A stretch of 61,925 bases of DNA, filler included, from Choristocarpus tenellus KU-1152 (lineage: Eukaryota; Protista; Phaeophyceae): NCBI GenBank assembly GCA_964200185.2. It is 10 parts of 10 records of this genome, joined end to end, with 100 filler letters (N's around TTAATTAATTAA, not from the genome) between each part and the next. Parts side by side here need not be neighbours in the genome. Positions count along the whole stretch, not along the records: positions 47,380 to 51,007 come from CAXNAD020018868.1; positions 51,108 to 54,101 come from CAXNAD020023065.1; positions 54,202 to 57,240 come from CAXNAD020022761.1; positions 57,341 to 61,925 come from CAXNAD020013905.1; 6 more parts are not named here. One strand, written 5' to 3'. Shown here in pieces: positions 50,572 through 61,925 of this stretch; the stretch's first letter is position 1; each line of letters begins with the position of its first letter. The notes under the pieces were generated by a model. The model made no database searches. It saw only the letters and a program-made list of their open reading frames with translations, and was not told the origin of the DNA. The translations under genes were made by a program, and so were the position numbers.

Positions 50572-51119
50572 TCCAAACCACAAGACAAAGAGTGCTATCC
50601 AAACAAACACCCTGGAAGTAACACTCGGATCCTCTCCCTACATACACACACACACACACAATATGCACACCCTTATGAGCTGCCACTATCAACGAACACG
50701 CTGGGAAGCTTTTCTCCAAAGTACACCTTGGAGGTGTTCCCCATACTGACACCAAAGCACAAGCACAGGACAAGAAATAACAAACCGTTAGAATGCTTGA
50801 CGGGGATGAACAGTTGGTGGTGGGGAAAAGGGCGAGTGAGCACGCAAAAGATAGCAGGCTAATCAACCACAATCAACTTCAGCGGTCAAGTGATGCTAGC
50901 ACGGAACGGAACGTCCCCCCCCCCCCCCCCCTCCCCCCCCCATAATAAACCCCCCATCACCTTTTTTTTCGCAGTAGATCTACGATCCCACCCCCACCCA
51001 CCTCCTGNNNNNNNNNNNNNNNNNNNNNNNNNNNNNNNNNNNNNNNNNNNNTTAATTAATTAANNNNNNNNNNNNNNNNNNNNNNNNNNNNNNNNNNNNN
51101 NNNNNNNCCTTCTGTATTG

Positions 51120-51300
51120 GACTAAAAGTATCTCAGGGGGGGGGGAGGGTCTACACTAGGGTGTCCATTTGGCCCAAAATCAGGAGAAGTGCATCTACAT
51201 TATCCATCAGACATATGCAACCCAAATCACACAAAAATCGCGACATAAAAAAAATTGACCCCAAATGGACAGCCGCCACCCCCCCTCAGATACTTTTCTT
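51120..51300 (+). mobile_element. MITE family B copy (~180 bp)
   Basis: GACTAAAAGTATCTC-polyG … polyC-TCAGATACTTTT; interior is the reverse complement of 49288-49467. Confidence 0.78.
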
Positions 51301-51441
51301 TTGGTTATTGTCCTGCTTCTGACCACTATGTTTGTTCTGCTACATTGATACATGAACGTATGCCATCCTGGAGATTGAGCATACTTCAGTGTGAAGGCAA
51401 ACCAATTGCACCGGAAATAGGTTATTGCCTCAGGAATAACA

Positions 51442-51697
51442 GAGTGAAAGTATCTTAGAGGGTACGAGTTTTTCCCTATTGTCCGTTTGGGTCCTGACTT
51501 CCCACAGGTTTTAGTGATATTTTCCTACTCTGAAATGGTTCGGAGTAGGTAAAATGTATACGTTATGAAAAGGTATGTATGGAACAAGGATATTGACACT
51601 TCGTAAAAAATACATTAACTAAAATTACATCAAAATTGCAACATTGGATTTTGGCCCTCAAACGGATGCACCTCTACCCTCTAAGATACTTTGACTC
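51442..51697 (+). mobile_element. MITE family A, copy 3 (256 bp)
   Basis: GAGTGAAAGTATCTTAGAGGG … CCCTCTAAGATACTTTGACTC; TSD ACA/ACA. Confidence 0.88.
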
Positions 51698-52849
51698 ACA
51701 GTAATATCCAGTAGATCTGATACACTTACTGAGCAAGGAGGCAACCTTGCAAAACGCCCTCTTAAATCTGGGTCATACATGAATTCACAAGAAACATGGT
51801 AATTGTTATGGCCCCTTGGTTGAGGGTGTTCATGCTGGTCTGTTATTACTCGCTAGTAAAAAATTGATCTTAGAAAAAGAAATTTTGATCTCTGCTCAGA
51901 CTGAGAATCTCACTGACTGCCTGACAGATAACTTTAACAAAATGACAATGTTTCTAAATGAGGATGACAAATTTTGTTTGTAAATGAATGAACGGTTTAT
52001 GTAGCAAAACCCCATGGGGGTTTCCATTAATAACGTATGTGCCATAGTTTCCATCGTTGGGTTTGAGTCGAATTATTATTGCAACTATATACTGTGACAA
52101 TTTCCCTTTCAGCTTCATTTGACCTTACTCTACATTTCTGCTCAGTGGGAGACAGATTGGGGAGTAGGTTTTCCAAACTCCAACCTAGACAACGCAGAGT
52201 CAGCTAGTGGTGGATCTACGTAGTAGACATGATACAAGGTCACTTGAAGGTAGATATGTGCAAGCCCAGTATGGTGCGCTTCATTGGCCCATCACCTTGA
52301 CAATTTTATTTGTATTCTCCTATTACCCTATTCAAGACCTGGTATGCCTTACATTCGGACAGTAGTTATCTTGTTGCTGTTTTGTTGGAAGAAGAGTAAC
52401 GTTGTCGCAAAGAAAGGTATTTTGAGTATCAAAGACTCTCTCCTTGAGCAGCCCTCTAGTTTCACAGACAATATGGAGATCACTACTTTTTACACTCACT
52501 ATTTGGACCTTCAGAACTTTCTGTATTCTCTACATCCCTTCAGATACTCCTCACGTAGACAAGGTTCTGGAAGTTTTGTTAGTCACCCGGTCGAAAGTCT
52601 CCCCTTCAAGGTAATCTCTTGAGGTTTTAATTTTAATTCTCAGTCATTGAGTACTGGGATGGATAGCAGCAGTCAGGACAAGGCTGGTTCTTTGAGTGAT
52701 TCAGAACACGTTTCTAGTGAGTGAGTGTACAGATCCATACAGTCAATATTTGACGGCAGCAGTCTAAAGCACTACTACTTTGGCAAGTGCACAGGTGCAT
52801 ATGCCTATTCTGAAAGGAATCAAGCAGATAAGTCTAAGCAATCTTGCAC

Positions 52850-53871
52850 CTGAGAAGTTGAACTTCTTGGTCCTGCTCCCAGGTACCAGGATCATCTCCA
52901 GACGGACAAACCCTCTCATTACAATCATAGCCTGTATATCCATCATCACAATTGCATCTGATGGCCAGGTAAGTGAAGCAATGGAAATGAATCTGACTTG
53001 TCTTACTCAGAGTTAAAGGAAAGATAATGTGGCTTGGGAGCTGATACCTTAAGAGTTCTCTCAACATGGCTGAAGAGTGAAAGTATCTTAGAGGGCACGA
53101 GTTTTGCCCTGTCCATTTGGGGCTTGGCTTCCCATGGGGTTTTTGTGATATTTTTCCTACTCCGAAATGTTTCAGAGTAGGTAATATGTATATGCTATGA
53201 AAGGGACTGTCTGGAACAAGGATACTGACACTTCCTAACAAATACGATGGATAAAATTACATGGAAATCGCAACATTGGATTTCGGCCCCCGAATGGACG
53301 CGGCCCTACCCTCTAAGATACTTTGACTCTGAATGTCATGTTGGTTGGACTAAACAAATCAAGCAGCCATATTATTAGGAGCTTTAATATAATTTCAATG
53401 CCCTGGACACTACTTAGATATTGTTGGGATCTGTGCCACTCCCCAAAAAGGAACTCCAGAGCAGGTGTTTAGAAGCATCACAGTCATAAGCAAAAACCTG
53501 TGTGAGCATATAATGATGGTTATGAATTTCACATACTTTATTACTTGCATGACTGCTTGGGAGTCAAGGTCCAACTCTCTCTGGATGGTATCACTTTCTT
53601 ATGGATATGGCTTGGGTGTCAAAGATATTATTGGGTTCTGCATGTCATTGATAAGGGAAAACAATTTGGTCAACGCTACTTCAGAATATGACCGATATGT
53701 TGATGTGAAAAGTAAGGTAGGTCTACTGCAATTACACCATTCAGAAAAACCTACCCAAATATGCGATGTGCATCCCATGTGGAGCCCTCATTTGGATCTT
53801 CACCGTATGTGAAATCCGTAGCATCACCATTATCTTCAGCTGAAAGTGCCAGCTCTGCCATGGACATACAC
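52850..53871 (-). CDS. Two exons (53871-53755, 52957-52850) of an EGF/tenascin-like extracellular protein
   Basis: Spliced product CMSMAELALSAEDNGDATDFTYGEDPNEGSTWDAHRIFG|CNCDDGYTGYDCNERVCPSGDDPGT…EVQ; CxCxxGYxGxDC EGF signature; compatible phase-2 junctions. Confidence 0.85.
53075..53329 (+). mobile_element. MITE family A, copy 4 (255 bp), inside an intron of the EGF-like gene
   Basis: Same TIRs; flanks TGAA/TGAA. Confidence 0.88.
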
Positions 53872-53896
53872 CTGTGATAGTGCCATTCGGTGGGCA

Positions 53897-54037
53897 TAAT
53901 GTGTGGAAAGAATCATGATGGTATCTGTCCTATCTGTATCTGTTAATGTGTGGAGATAATCATGATGGTATCTGTCCTATCAGTATCTGTTAATGTGTGG
54001 AGATAATCATGATGGTATCTGTCCTATCTGTATCTGT
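53897..54037. repeat. Minisatellite, 3 x 47 bp
   Basis: TAATGTGTGGAGATAATCATGATGGTATCTGTCCTATCTGTATCTGT units start at 53897, 53944 and 53991. Confidence 0.93.
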
Positions 54038-54201
54038 TCGATCTTCCTTACGAAGAGGTTGCATTTTTCAAGGGAAAATAGTGAAGTCTAGTAAGCAATA
54101 ANNNNNNNNNNNNNNNNNNNNNNNNNNNNNNNNNNNNNNNNNNNNTTAATTAATTAANNNNNNNNNNNNNNNNNNNNNNNNNNNNNNNNNNNNNNNNNNN
54201 N

Positions 54202-57200
54202 CATGGGCAGCAGCAGTAGTAGCAGTACGTAAGAAAGATGGGACCCTGAGGTTGTGCACAGACTATAGGATGCTTAATGACCTCTCGCGAAGTGATAGTG
54301 GAGGTCTCGGAAACATCACCAGCATCTTCGATAAGCTTAAGGGTTCTAGCTATTTTACTGCCATAGATTTAGCATTAGGATTCATTCAACTAGAAATGGC
54401 AGAGGTAGACAAACATAAGACAGTCTTTCGTGACGCTCATGGACAACTTTAGGAATATAACAGGTGTGGCTTTGGGTTGAAAATCCTACCTGCACTATTC
54501 TCTAGCTACATGAGAGAGGCATTAGGAGATCTCAAAGGAAACGGTGTGGAAAACTGACTGGACGATTTTTTTTGCTATAGCTCATCATTTGATGAACACA
54601 TGACCAAACTTCGCCTCCTTCTTACCAGACTCAACCAATACGGCCTGTTTGTGAACTTTCCCAAATCCTCGTGGTGCATGCCCTCACAAGAATTTGTAGG
54701 AATGAAGGTAAGTAGAGATGGCTTGAGTCCTGCTCCATCAAAAATGGTAGCGGTAGCAAACCTTGAGCCCCCATCTACAGTTGAGCAGTTAAGAAGTTTC
54801 CTAGGCATGACAGGATACATACGACAGTTTGTTCGAACTATGGTCAAGTAGCTGCACCTCTGACTAACATCCTCCGGAATAAAGGATATGCTTTCAAAAG
54901 AGACAGGAAGAAGAGTATTCCTTGGGGACCAGAGGAGCAGAAAGCCTTTGAAGAGAACTTAAGGTGCGTCTGGTCTCTCCACCAATCCTAGTCTTTCCTG
55001 ACTGGGATAAGATATTCCTTCTCCATACAGATGCTAGTGAGGAAGGGGCTGGAGCAACACTGACCAAGGTACAGGATGATGACCAAGAGCATGTTATAGC
55101 TTATGCTAGCCATAGATGGTCTAAATCAGACAGTAGGAGAGCACTCACTGAAAGGGAATGCATGGCTATCTTGTGGGCTCTAGAGCACTTCCGCTCCTAC
55201 ATTTGGGGTAGGAAATTCACCCTAGTCACTGACTGCTCCGCACTGACTTGGCTCTTCAAGAGTCGTGAACTTAGCCCCAAGCTTCACATGTGAGCCCCCC
55301 GTCTTATGGACCACGATATGGAACTAAAGTAGCGAGCCGGTTCGAAGCACCAACTACCAGATGGACTGTCACGACTTTCCTCACCCTCAGATCAAGGTTT
55401 GGATATCGACGATTCTTTTCCTGACGATCCATCAGTAGCCTGTAGCAAGAACTACGCTGGACCACGATGACCTGTCTTAGATGGTGTGTGTTTGCAAGAT
55501 TTAGGTACATCAGACCTAAGCCCAGGGCACCCCACACTGTCCCCTTGCTCTCTCTGTGCGTTAGTAGATTCAGAACTAGAGTGTACTCCTCCCCCACATG
55601 ATGAATTGAGTCTAGGTGTAGCATAGATGTTACTTAAGGAAACAGCTGATGCCACACTCTCAGGAATACTGTCAGCCCTGCAAGGTTGTCACACGGGACC
55701 TGATAATCGAGGCTTAGGCGTTAAAGGTTAGTTACCACCCAGTGGTTCTCAAGATCAAAGTCTGCCAGTGGGTATACCCCCACCCTCTGGTTGGATGGCC
55801 CCAGATGAAAAACCTAGTGTAGGCCCGACACACACCTCACAGCAACTCTCTCCCCCGCTTAATGCCACTAACACTTTTGGCTGGCAACCTTTAGACCCTA
55901 CCCTCGAAGACAGGGTAGAAATAAAAGGAAAAGCAGGAGAAGAGAAGCCACCTTTCAAGAAACGGAGCACAAGTAGACCAAGGCCAAAGAACAAGAGAGG
56001 CAGTGACAGATTAGTCCGAGTAAGTGAGGTGGTCCAATACCATCCCACTCTCAAGAGAGCAATGGCTACTCTTTCAGACGTGCCAGAGCTAGTGGAGAAG
56101 CAGAAGAAGGACCCCTTCTTTGCTAGCATACGAGGTGTACTCGAAGGCCAAGAACAATGGAAGCCGTCACTCGAATGGGGAAAAGGGGGTGTATAGATGT
56201 GGAGTCATATTCCCTAGATGATAAGGAGTTACTCTGGTACATCCCTGGAGAGTATACACCTAGGTTGACAGTTCCTCTTTCACTAGTGTCAGAAATCATA
56301 GCACTAGTTCACCTGCATTCTAGCCATCATGGAGTTGGACGCGCAGTAGCCCCAACCCGTCGATACTTCTTTTGGTCCTCACTCCAAAAAGACACGCAGG
56401 ATTATGTTTTATCCTGCGGCTGTCGCAGACGAAAGAGGACCAGGAGCGCACAAGTTCCAATGCTGCCAGCCAAGTTCCTAGAACCATGGGATGTATTTGA
56501 GACGGACCTACAAGATGTAGGACACATTTCAACAAGAGGCAATAAGTATCAGTTAATTGTGATTGATAGAGCTTCGAGATTCCATTTTGAATTTTCCCAT
56601 GGCGTCAAAGGACGCAACTGGAGTAGCAACAAACGTGTTAGAAATATGTCTCACATTCGGGATCCCTCTGTCAATTCGTAGTGATGCGGGAGGGGAGTTC
56701 ACAGGAGACGTAATGAGTCACCTTTGCCGTTGGTTGAAGGTCCCTATCTATTATGGACCAACTGGTAACTCGAGGGGACAAGGGGGAGTAGAAAAGATGG
56801 GAGGCCTGCTTTTAGAACTCTTGTCGGAACTATGAGTGAAGTGGCCAGATAGATGGGATGAGTATGTATCTCCAGCATGTTGGGCACAGCGCACCACCCC
56901 AGATCCCTCTGACCCGCTCATCCCCATTCCCTTCAGAGTCCTGTTTGGCCGTGACCCCCGCACACAGCTAGACGCCGTCATACCCAAGTTGGATAGGAAC
57001 GTAGATGTCGGAGGATTGGATTCCTTCATAGAGCAAAGAAGACAGAACTTCCAGGAGGTACGAGAAGTCTTGGAGAGAACGATGTCCGCTAGGCAGAGAC
57101 AGAGAGAGAAAGCCAATGCTTTGATTGCTAGGTCTTCCCCAGGACTAGGATCCAAACCAGGTGACCTAGTCCTAGTGAAAGAAGCAGACAGCTCTATCTA

Positions 57201-57240
57201 TGGGGAGAAATTAGGCCAGACAAGGGTAGGCAGGAAGCTA
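54202..57240 (+). mobile_element. Ty3/Gypsy pol pseudogene (RT-RNase H-integrase), bounded by gaps
   Basis: KKDGTLRLCTDYR, YFTAIDL, N*LDD, QLRSFLGMTGY; LHTDAS…IAYAS…TERECMAILWALEHF…LVTDCSAL; integrase HHGV…CGC, SIRSDAGGEF; several stops and frameshifts; RT-RH-INT order. Confidence 0.95.
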
Positions 57241-57340
57241 NNNNNNNNNNNNNNNNNNNNNNNNNNNNNNNNNNNNNNNNNNNNTTAATTAATTAANNNN
57301 NNNNNNNNNNNNNNNNNNNNNNNNNNNNNNNNNNNNNNNN

Positions 57341-57381
57341 CCCCTCACAAACCACCACCCCCCCCCCAGATACTTTGACCC
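57341..57381 (+). mobile_element. MITE family B end, truncated by gap
   Basis: ACCACCACC-polyC-AGATACTTTGACCC, same as 21625-21658. Confidence 0.65.
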
Positions 57382-57718
57382 AACCATTATCATACTACTG
57401 GCACGCGCCGCCTTGAACATTGCTCTGAACGAGAAAAGCTGTAAGCTCTCGAGTAGATACTTGCATGACCAGCAAAACCAATCTCTTGTAGGGGTACTAT
57501 CATGTTCTCTTGTAGGGGTAGAGGGATCGAAATCATCGGTCTGTATCATATATACAGTGCCGGGAGATGCATCAATGTACTGCCATGTACAATAACAGTC
57601 CTCACTTAACCAAGCTTTAGAACTGTTTAACTGTGTCCTGACTATACCTTAGGTGTTGTTCGCAGTGGCTTAACAGCGTAGCAACTATGAACATCATGGT
57701 TGCACACAAGCACCTAAC

Positions 57719-58918
57719 CTGGTACTTCCTCAGCAGCTGCATACTTTGGTTGAACTTGGCTTTGGCCGCAATCGTCTCCCTGACAATTTCTTCATTTTGT
57801 CCTCTCAGTCGATCCAGTCGCTTTTCCTGTCCCTCATTCTCTGCTTTGACTCTTACAAGCTCCTGAAATAAATGGAGAGCCCGTGGGGTTACTGATAGTC
57901 ACAGCCCAGCATGTTTATCCCATCCCAACTAGATGGTTATTTGTTTGAAGTACACTAATACTACAGCTGCCTAGATTGTGGCAAGCCAAGAAGTTATCTA
58001 CCAACGATGCAATAGTCCAGTATTTCATCAGACAAGACCTAAAACAAAAGATGTGTGAACCCTACCCTCTCCACGCAGGGAAGGGTACCATCAATCAACT
58101 ACATTGATGAAGAGGTGTCATAAACAGAGGAAAGCTAACAATAGTCCCCCCCACCTTTCCTATGGCAGGAACCCAATGACCCCTTCACACCTTATACACA
58201 CGTATATTCAATCCATGCATACATCATGTTACCACCAAGAGGGTGGCTTTCACCCAGCTCCTTAATCCTATCCCTCACCTGCATCAGCCGAGCAACCTTC
58301 ACCTTATCACGTTGGCAGAGGTCTGTCAAGTGAGCCCCACCAGAGACTTCTACCCTCCCTGTCCCTTCAACAGATTGCTCAGCGGTCCTGACAGAATTTC
58401 GTCCGTGGGTCTTGTCTGCATTTCCTTTAAAATAGGACGAGCTCGCTCCCATAGCTCTCATATTGTTTGCATCCCAAGCCCCGGTACTATTAGCAGCGGT
58501 GGATGCAGCAGCTGCAGCTGCCTTGGCCTTGCTAGCTAGCCCCTCCAGAATAAGGTCAGGATCTTCAGGCAATCTCTGTTGCACAGTTGAATCTTGTCGA
58601 CCCCTCAATCCGTCATCAACCCCCACGGAGGATGTGGGAGCGAGGGGCACCTTGGAACTTCCCCTCTTCGATAGTGGCTTATACACAGAGCTAACCTTCG
58701 TCACTCGAGGAGTTGCGGATGCGGGGGACAAGGTAGCCTTGTCAAGGAGACTCCAGCGCTCGAAGGCGTTACTCTCTGGAGACATCGCCGTGGATGCTGT
58801 GGCGCTGGTGTCCGGCATTTCGTGGGTGTCATGCAAGCCTTGTGCGGCTGAACTTGGAAGGGAGTTGGAGGTGATCTTTGGCAGAATGGGTATCAGGTAC
58901 CTGCTTGGATTGAAGAGC
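57719..58918 (-). CDS. Hinderin/KIAA1328-like coiled-coil protein; exons ~58918 (or ATG at 58818)-58279 and 57862-57719; 3' part missing
   Basis: Spliced LTDLCQRDKVKVARLMQ|ELVRVK…QNEEIVRE…MQLLRKYQ resembles the KIAA1328 motif (LxDLCxxDKxxIAxLIxELxRV…QNExIxxE…LLxxYQ); phase-0 junction. Confidence 0.72.
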
Positions 58919-59617
58919 CTGAAACTCAGAGAGGACATCGGAGCAGGCGAGAAGGGGGGAAGAAATGGGGGGAGGACAGGACTGGAGAGGAATAGACCAT
59001 GTGAGTGGTCCATGGTAGTGAAGAGATAACACCGAGGTATTGTTTGCAAGGTTCGGCTCCTGGAAAGCTACGAAAGGTACGATTGGTGAATACTAGGACT
59101 ACTTACACAATAACAGGCAGTTACTAGATGTTGGATGTAGGCCATTTCTACGAGCCCCGACGGTTGTCCTTAACCAAAAAACTCCACCAGATAAATATAA
59201 ATCGTGGGAATAGTTCCAAAGGCTGTCGAATCTGAAGAGGAGAGAGTACCTATGGAGAGTCGTGTAAACAGTCCTTTCTCAGTTGGTATCATGCCTCTCA
59301 ACTTTGTCGTTAGATGGGGTGTCATAAAATCACGCTTCTGGGGCACAGACAAGGCCCTAGCGCTTTACCAAGCTTTTCGGGTATATCATACGCTATATTT
59401 GCAGCTCAAGAGTCGCCAAGGTGACCTCGGACATGGGCTGTGTCAAACATTGGAAGTGGAGTAGATCACAATCAACACCAACAAAAATCGATAACGTCGC
59501 TGCGCGCGGTTGTGGATCTACTATTTCAGTGACAATCAATATTCAAATGTTGGATCATGATCATTGTGATTAGGCGATTTGACCTTTCTTCGACAACGCA
59601 AGTTGTGAACAACGAGG

Positions 59618-61754
59618 ATGGCGCGATGGATAGAGAGCGCCCCTTTTAGGCCCCTGTACTTCCTTGCCACTGCGGCCATTCTGGTTGCTGTCGGTGTGGG
59701 TGGTGGTCAGATCTTCATGGAGAATGACTACGTCGTCTATGGGGTATCGGTGAGAGACTTGTGTGGAGTCCATTCTCCAGACCTAGCGATTTGCACAGTC
59801 ACAGGAATTTTACATCGAGGATAATGTGCTCTATTAGAGCCCCAGTAGTTGATAGAGTCGCGATCTTTTGCCAATACTGTGGGATCATGTTGATGACTTT
59901 TGTCCTTTTTTCTTATATCCTAAGAACAACCGCCTGGTCTGCATTATCAGCCAATACCTTGGGTGCAGGCGAAGAAGGGCGAGCGCACTATTGGCTCCCA
60001 CTGGGAAATACTAAAACACCAAGCGAGTCCCATGTTCACGTCTCTTGTCTATCCTTCCCCATCCTCTGCCTGTCCCCAATGAATATTTCTGGTATCACTA
60101 TTGACCATTGAACTGTCTACGACAGGGCAAGGTGTCGTGGTCAACATCATCAGGATACACTGCGGGGCAGTTCTGGGGTCTAGTTCTGCAGACATTCTTC
60201 CTCCCTGCTGCTGCTATTGCGCTGATGACGTTCGCTCTGCATTCCTACAAATCTTCGGGGTGGCCTGCCTTCGTGAGAAATCATTGCCTTGTTGTGACCG
60301 TTGACCCAACATCTACGTCTTGCTAATTGAGGCTATATCTAGCGGAGTTCTGCATGCAGTAGACTTGCTTAGAATCTTCTATTGCACTGGCCGAAGATGC
60401 AAGACCCAGTGGTTGAACTGAGAGCAAACTCTTAACTGCGTGAATATCCAAGATGGAGGGTTGTGTTGGAGTTGCCTCTAGTTTTCCATACCGGCTAAGC
60501 ATCTCTTGTACCGTGTTGAGGATTTTCTGCTTGTTCTTTACGTGTGGTTTGCAAATAATTTTCCATCCTGCCTGTTAATGCCCGTGGTGTGTGCAACTGG
60601 TGCTCTCAGGTTCGGGTTTTTGTGTACTTGTCATTGCTTTTTGTGCTTGTATTAAGCGCAACCATCGCAAACCTGGACATGACGGATGGACTCATTGGGT
60701 GTCTATGGGATTTCTGCATTGACAGGTGACCCTACCCGCACTTGCAGCAATACCCCTGCTCCACCCAGCCCATACAGTAAGATACAACATCAAAACAGAA
60801 GGGGAGGGAGAAGACGCAAGTAGTACCGTCGACGGCGATATGCCTACTATAGAAATATCCCATCTAGGGTACCTTGAAGTGGCGCTTGCACAGTTTTATG
60901 ATAGTTTTATGATCAACTGAAGATGGTGTTATCTTTATTAGAGCATTTAGGAGTAGACAGCTGTTCAAATTCGTATTTTAACCGAGAATATCTTGGACTG
61001 GTACGGACTCCCTAGGCCTTGACCACTGTAGAACCACACTATATATTCAAATCCATTTTCAGTGTTACACAGTCCACATAGTGCCATGTACTGGAATACA
61101 AAGATGGGGCGTGGTGAACCCTACCAAACTACCAATACAGGAAAAGGATCACCATGTCCAAGGTGAAGCAAGGTTCAACTCACACAGCCTCTCCTGAACA
61201 CTATCTCCATGACAACCGTTGCACTCATTCCCAGAATCGTACCTCCAATATCATCTATCAACATCTATCAACACTATATCCACCTTCATTCTCTCTCTCT
61301 CTCTCTCTCTCTCTTCAATCCCTATCTATGTTCCTGCCCGCCCCCCGCCCCCCCCCTCCTCACCAGCACAATCACTCCTACCTAACCCTAATTCCTTGTC
61401 CTTTCCTCTCCTCCCGACACCCCACACCTCTCTTATAAATACCTTTCCTCTCTTATCTTACGTGTCCTAAAAAAAAAAAATGTCAGTGTTATGTACCGGT
61501 TTATGTTCTCTCCATTCATCCCCACTGTGGGCACCTTGTACTTCATGGTTCTGGTCATTTTCTCCTTGATGGCGTCTGTACTGGTGCTGAGGAGTGGCAT
61601 TGACCTCACGGGGAGGGAGGGTACAGAGGGTACATCAACGGCATTAGTGGCAGAGGACAATGAAGAGGAGAGGTGGTCTCTCATAGCGCGCACCGGAACA
61701 GTGGGAGGCAGGCAGTCAAAACAGGAGTGGACGCCTCTCTTGTCTAGCACGGCG
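59618..61754 (+). CDS. Multi-exon membrane protein of unknown function (exons 59618-59749, 60126-60272, 60726-60776, ~61487-61754); continues beyond the window
   Basis: Hydrophobic segments in successive exons bounded by GT-AG; first three exons join in phase 0; a micro-exon near 61141 may be needed to reach the fourth. Confidence 0.6.
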
Positions 61755-61925
61755 GTGAGCGGGAATGCGCGTCTCCTCTATCTTTCTGTTTTTTTCTCGT
61801 TTTTTTTCTTGTTCTTATTTTTTGTTCTTATTCTTGTCTTCTGGTACTCATTGAGAGCAAGTAGGCGTGTTCAGACACGCTTGACACGTGACCTGCACAG
61901 AGCAGAGGTGATACCTTAACCCCCC

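Noticed and set aside
53897-54037. CRISPR-like array
   Set aside because: Head-to-tail repeats without unique spacers; eukaryotic intron context; no cas genes

Overview
Eukaryotic nuclear scaffold, not prokaryotic. The histone H3/H4 sequences, GT-AG introns and gene content suggest a stramenopile, probably a brown alga or close relative (inference). It comprises ten contigs joined by nine artificial 100-bp linkers (44 N + TTAATTAATTAA + 44 N), so several genes are only partly present. Genes supported by the sequence: a very large spliced gene (about 14235->2866, minus strand) with a ~7.8-kb terminal exon encoding a Tudor-like module, a non-RD Ser/Thr kinase and a degenerate dual-specificity-phosphatase-like domain; a divergent, intronless histone H3/H4 pair, each followed by a histone-type 3' stem-loop; a Tctex-1 dynein light chain; a Rdx/SelW-like gene fragment; RecQ helicase exons; an MGCSAS-type acylated-protein first exon; EGF/tenascin-like exons; a hinderin/KIAA1328-like gene head-to-head with a membrane-protein gene. 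Mobile DNA includes a two-LTR Copia deletion derivative with Gag fused in frame to RNase H, a decayed Ty3/Gypsy pol, other Gypsy remnants and about 11 copies or fragments of a MITE family with AAAGTATCT-core terminal inverted repeats. CpG is depleted in the body of the giant gene but retained at gene 5' ends. Most short ORFs in the supplied track are spurious. No CRISPR, rRNA or tRNA was seen.
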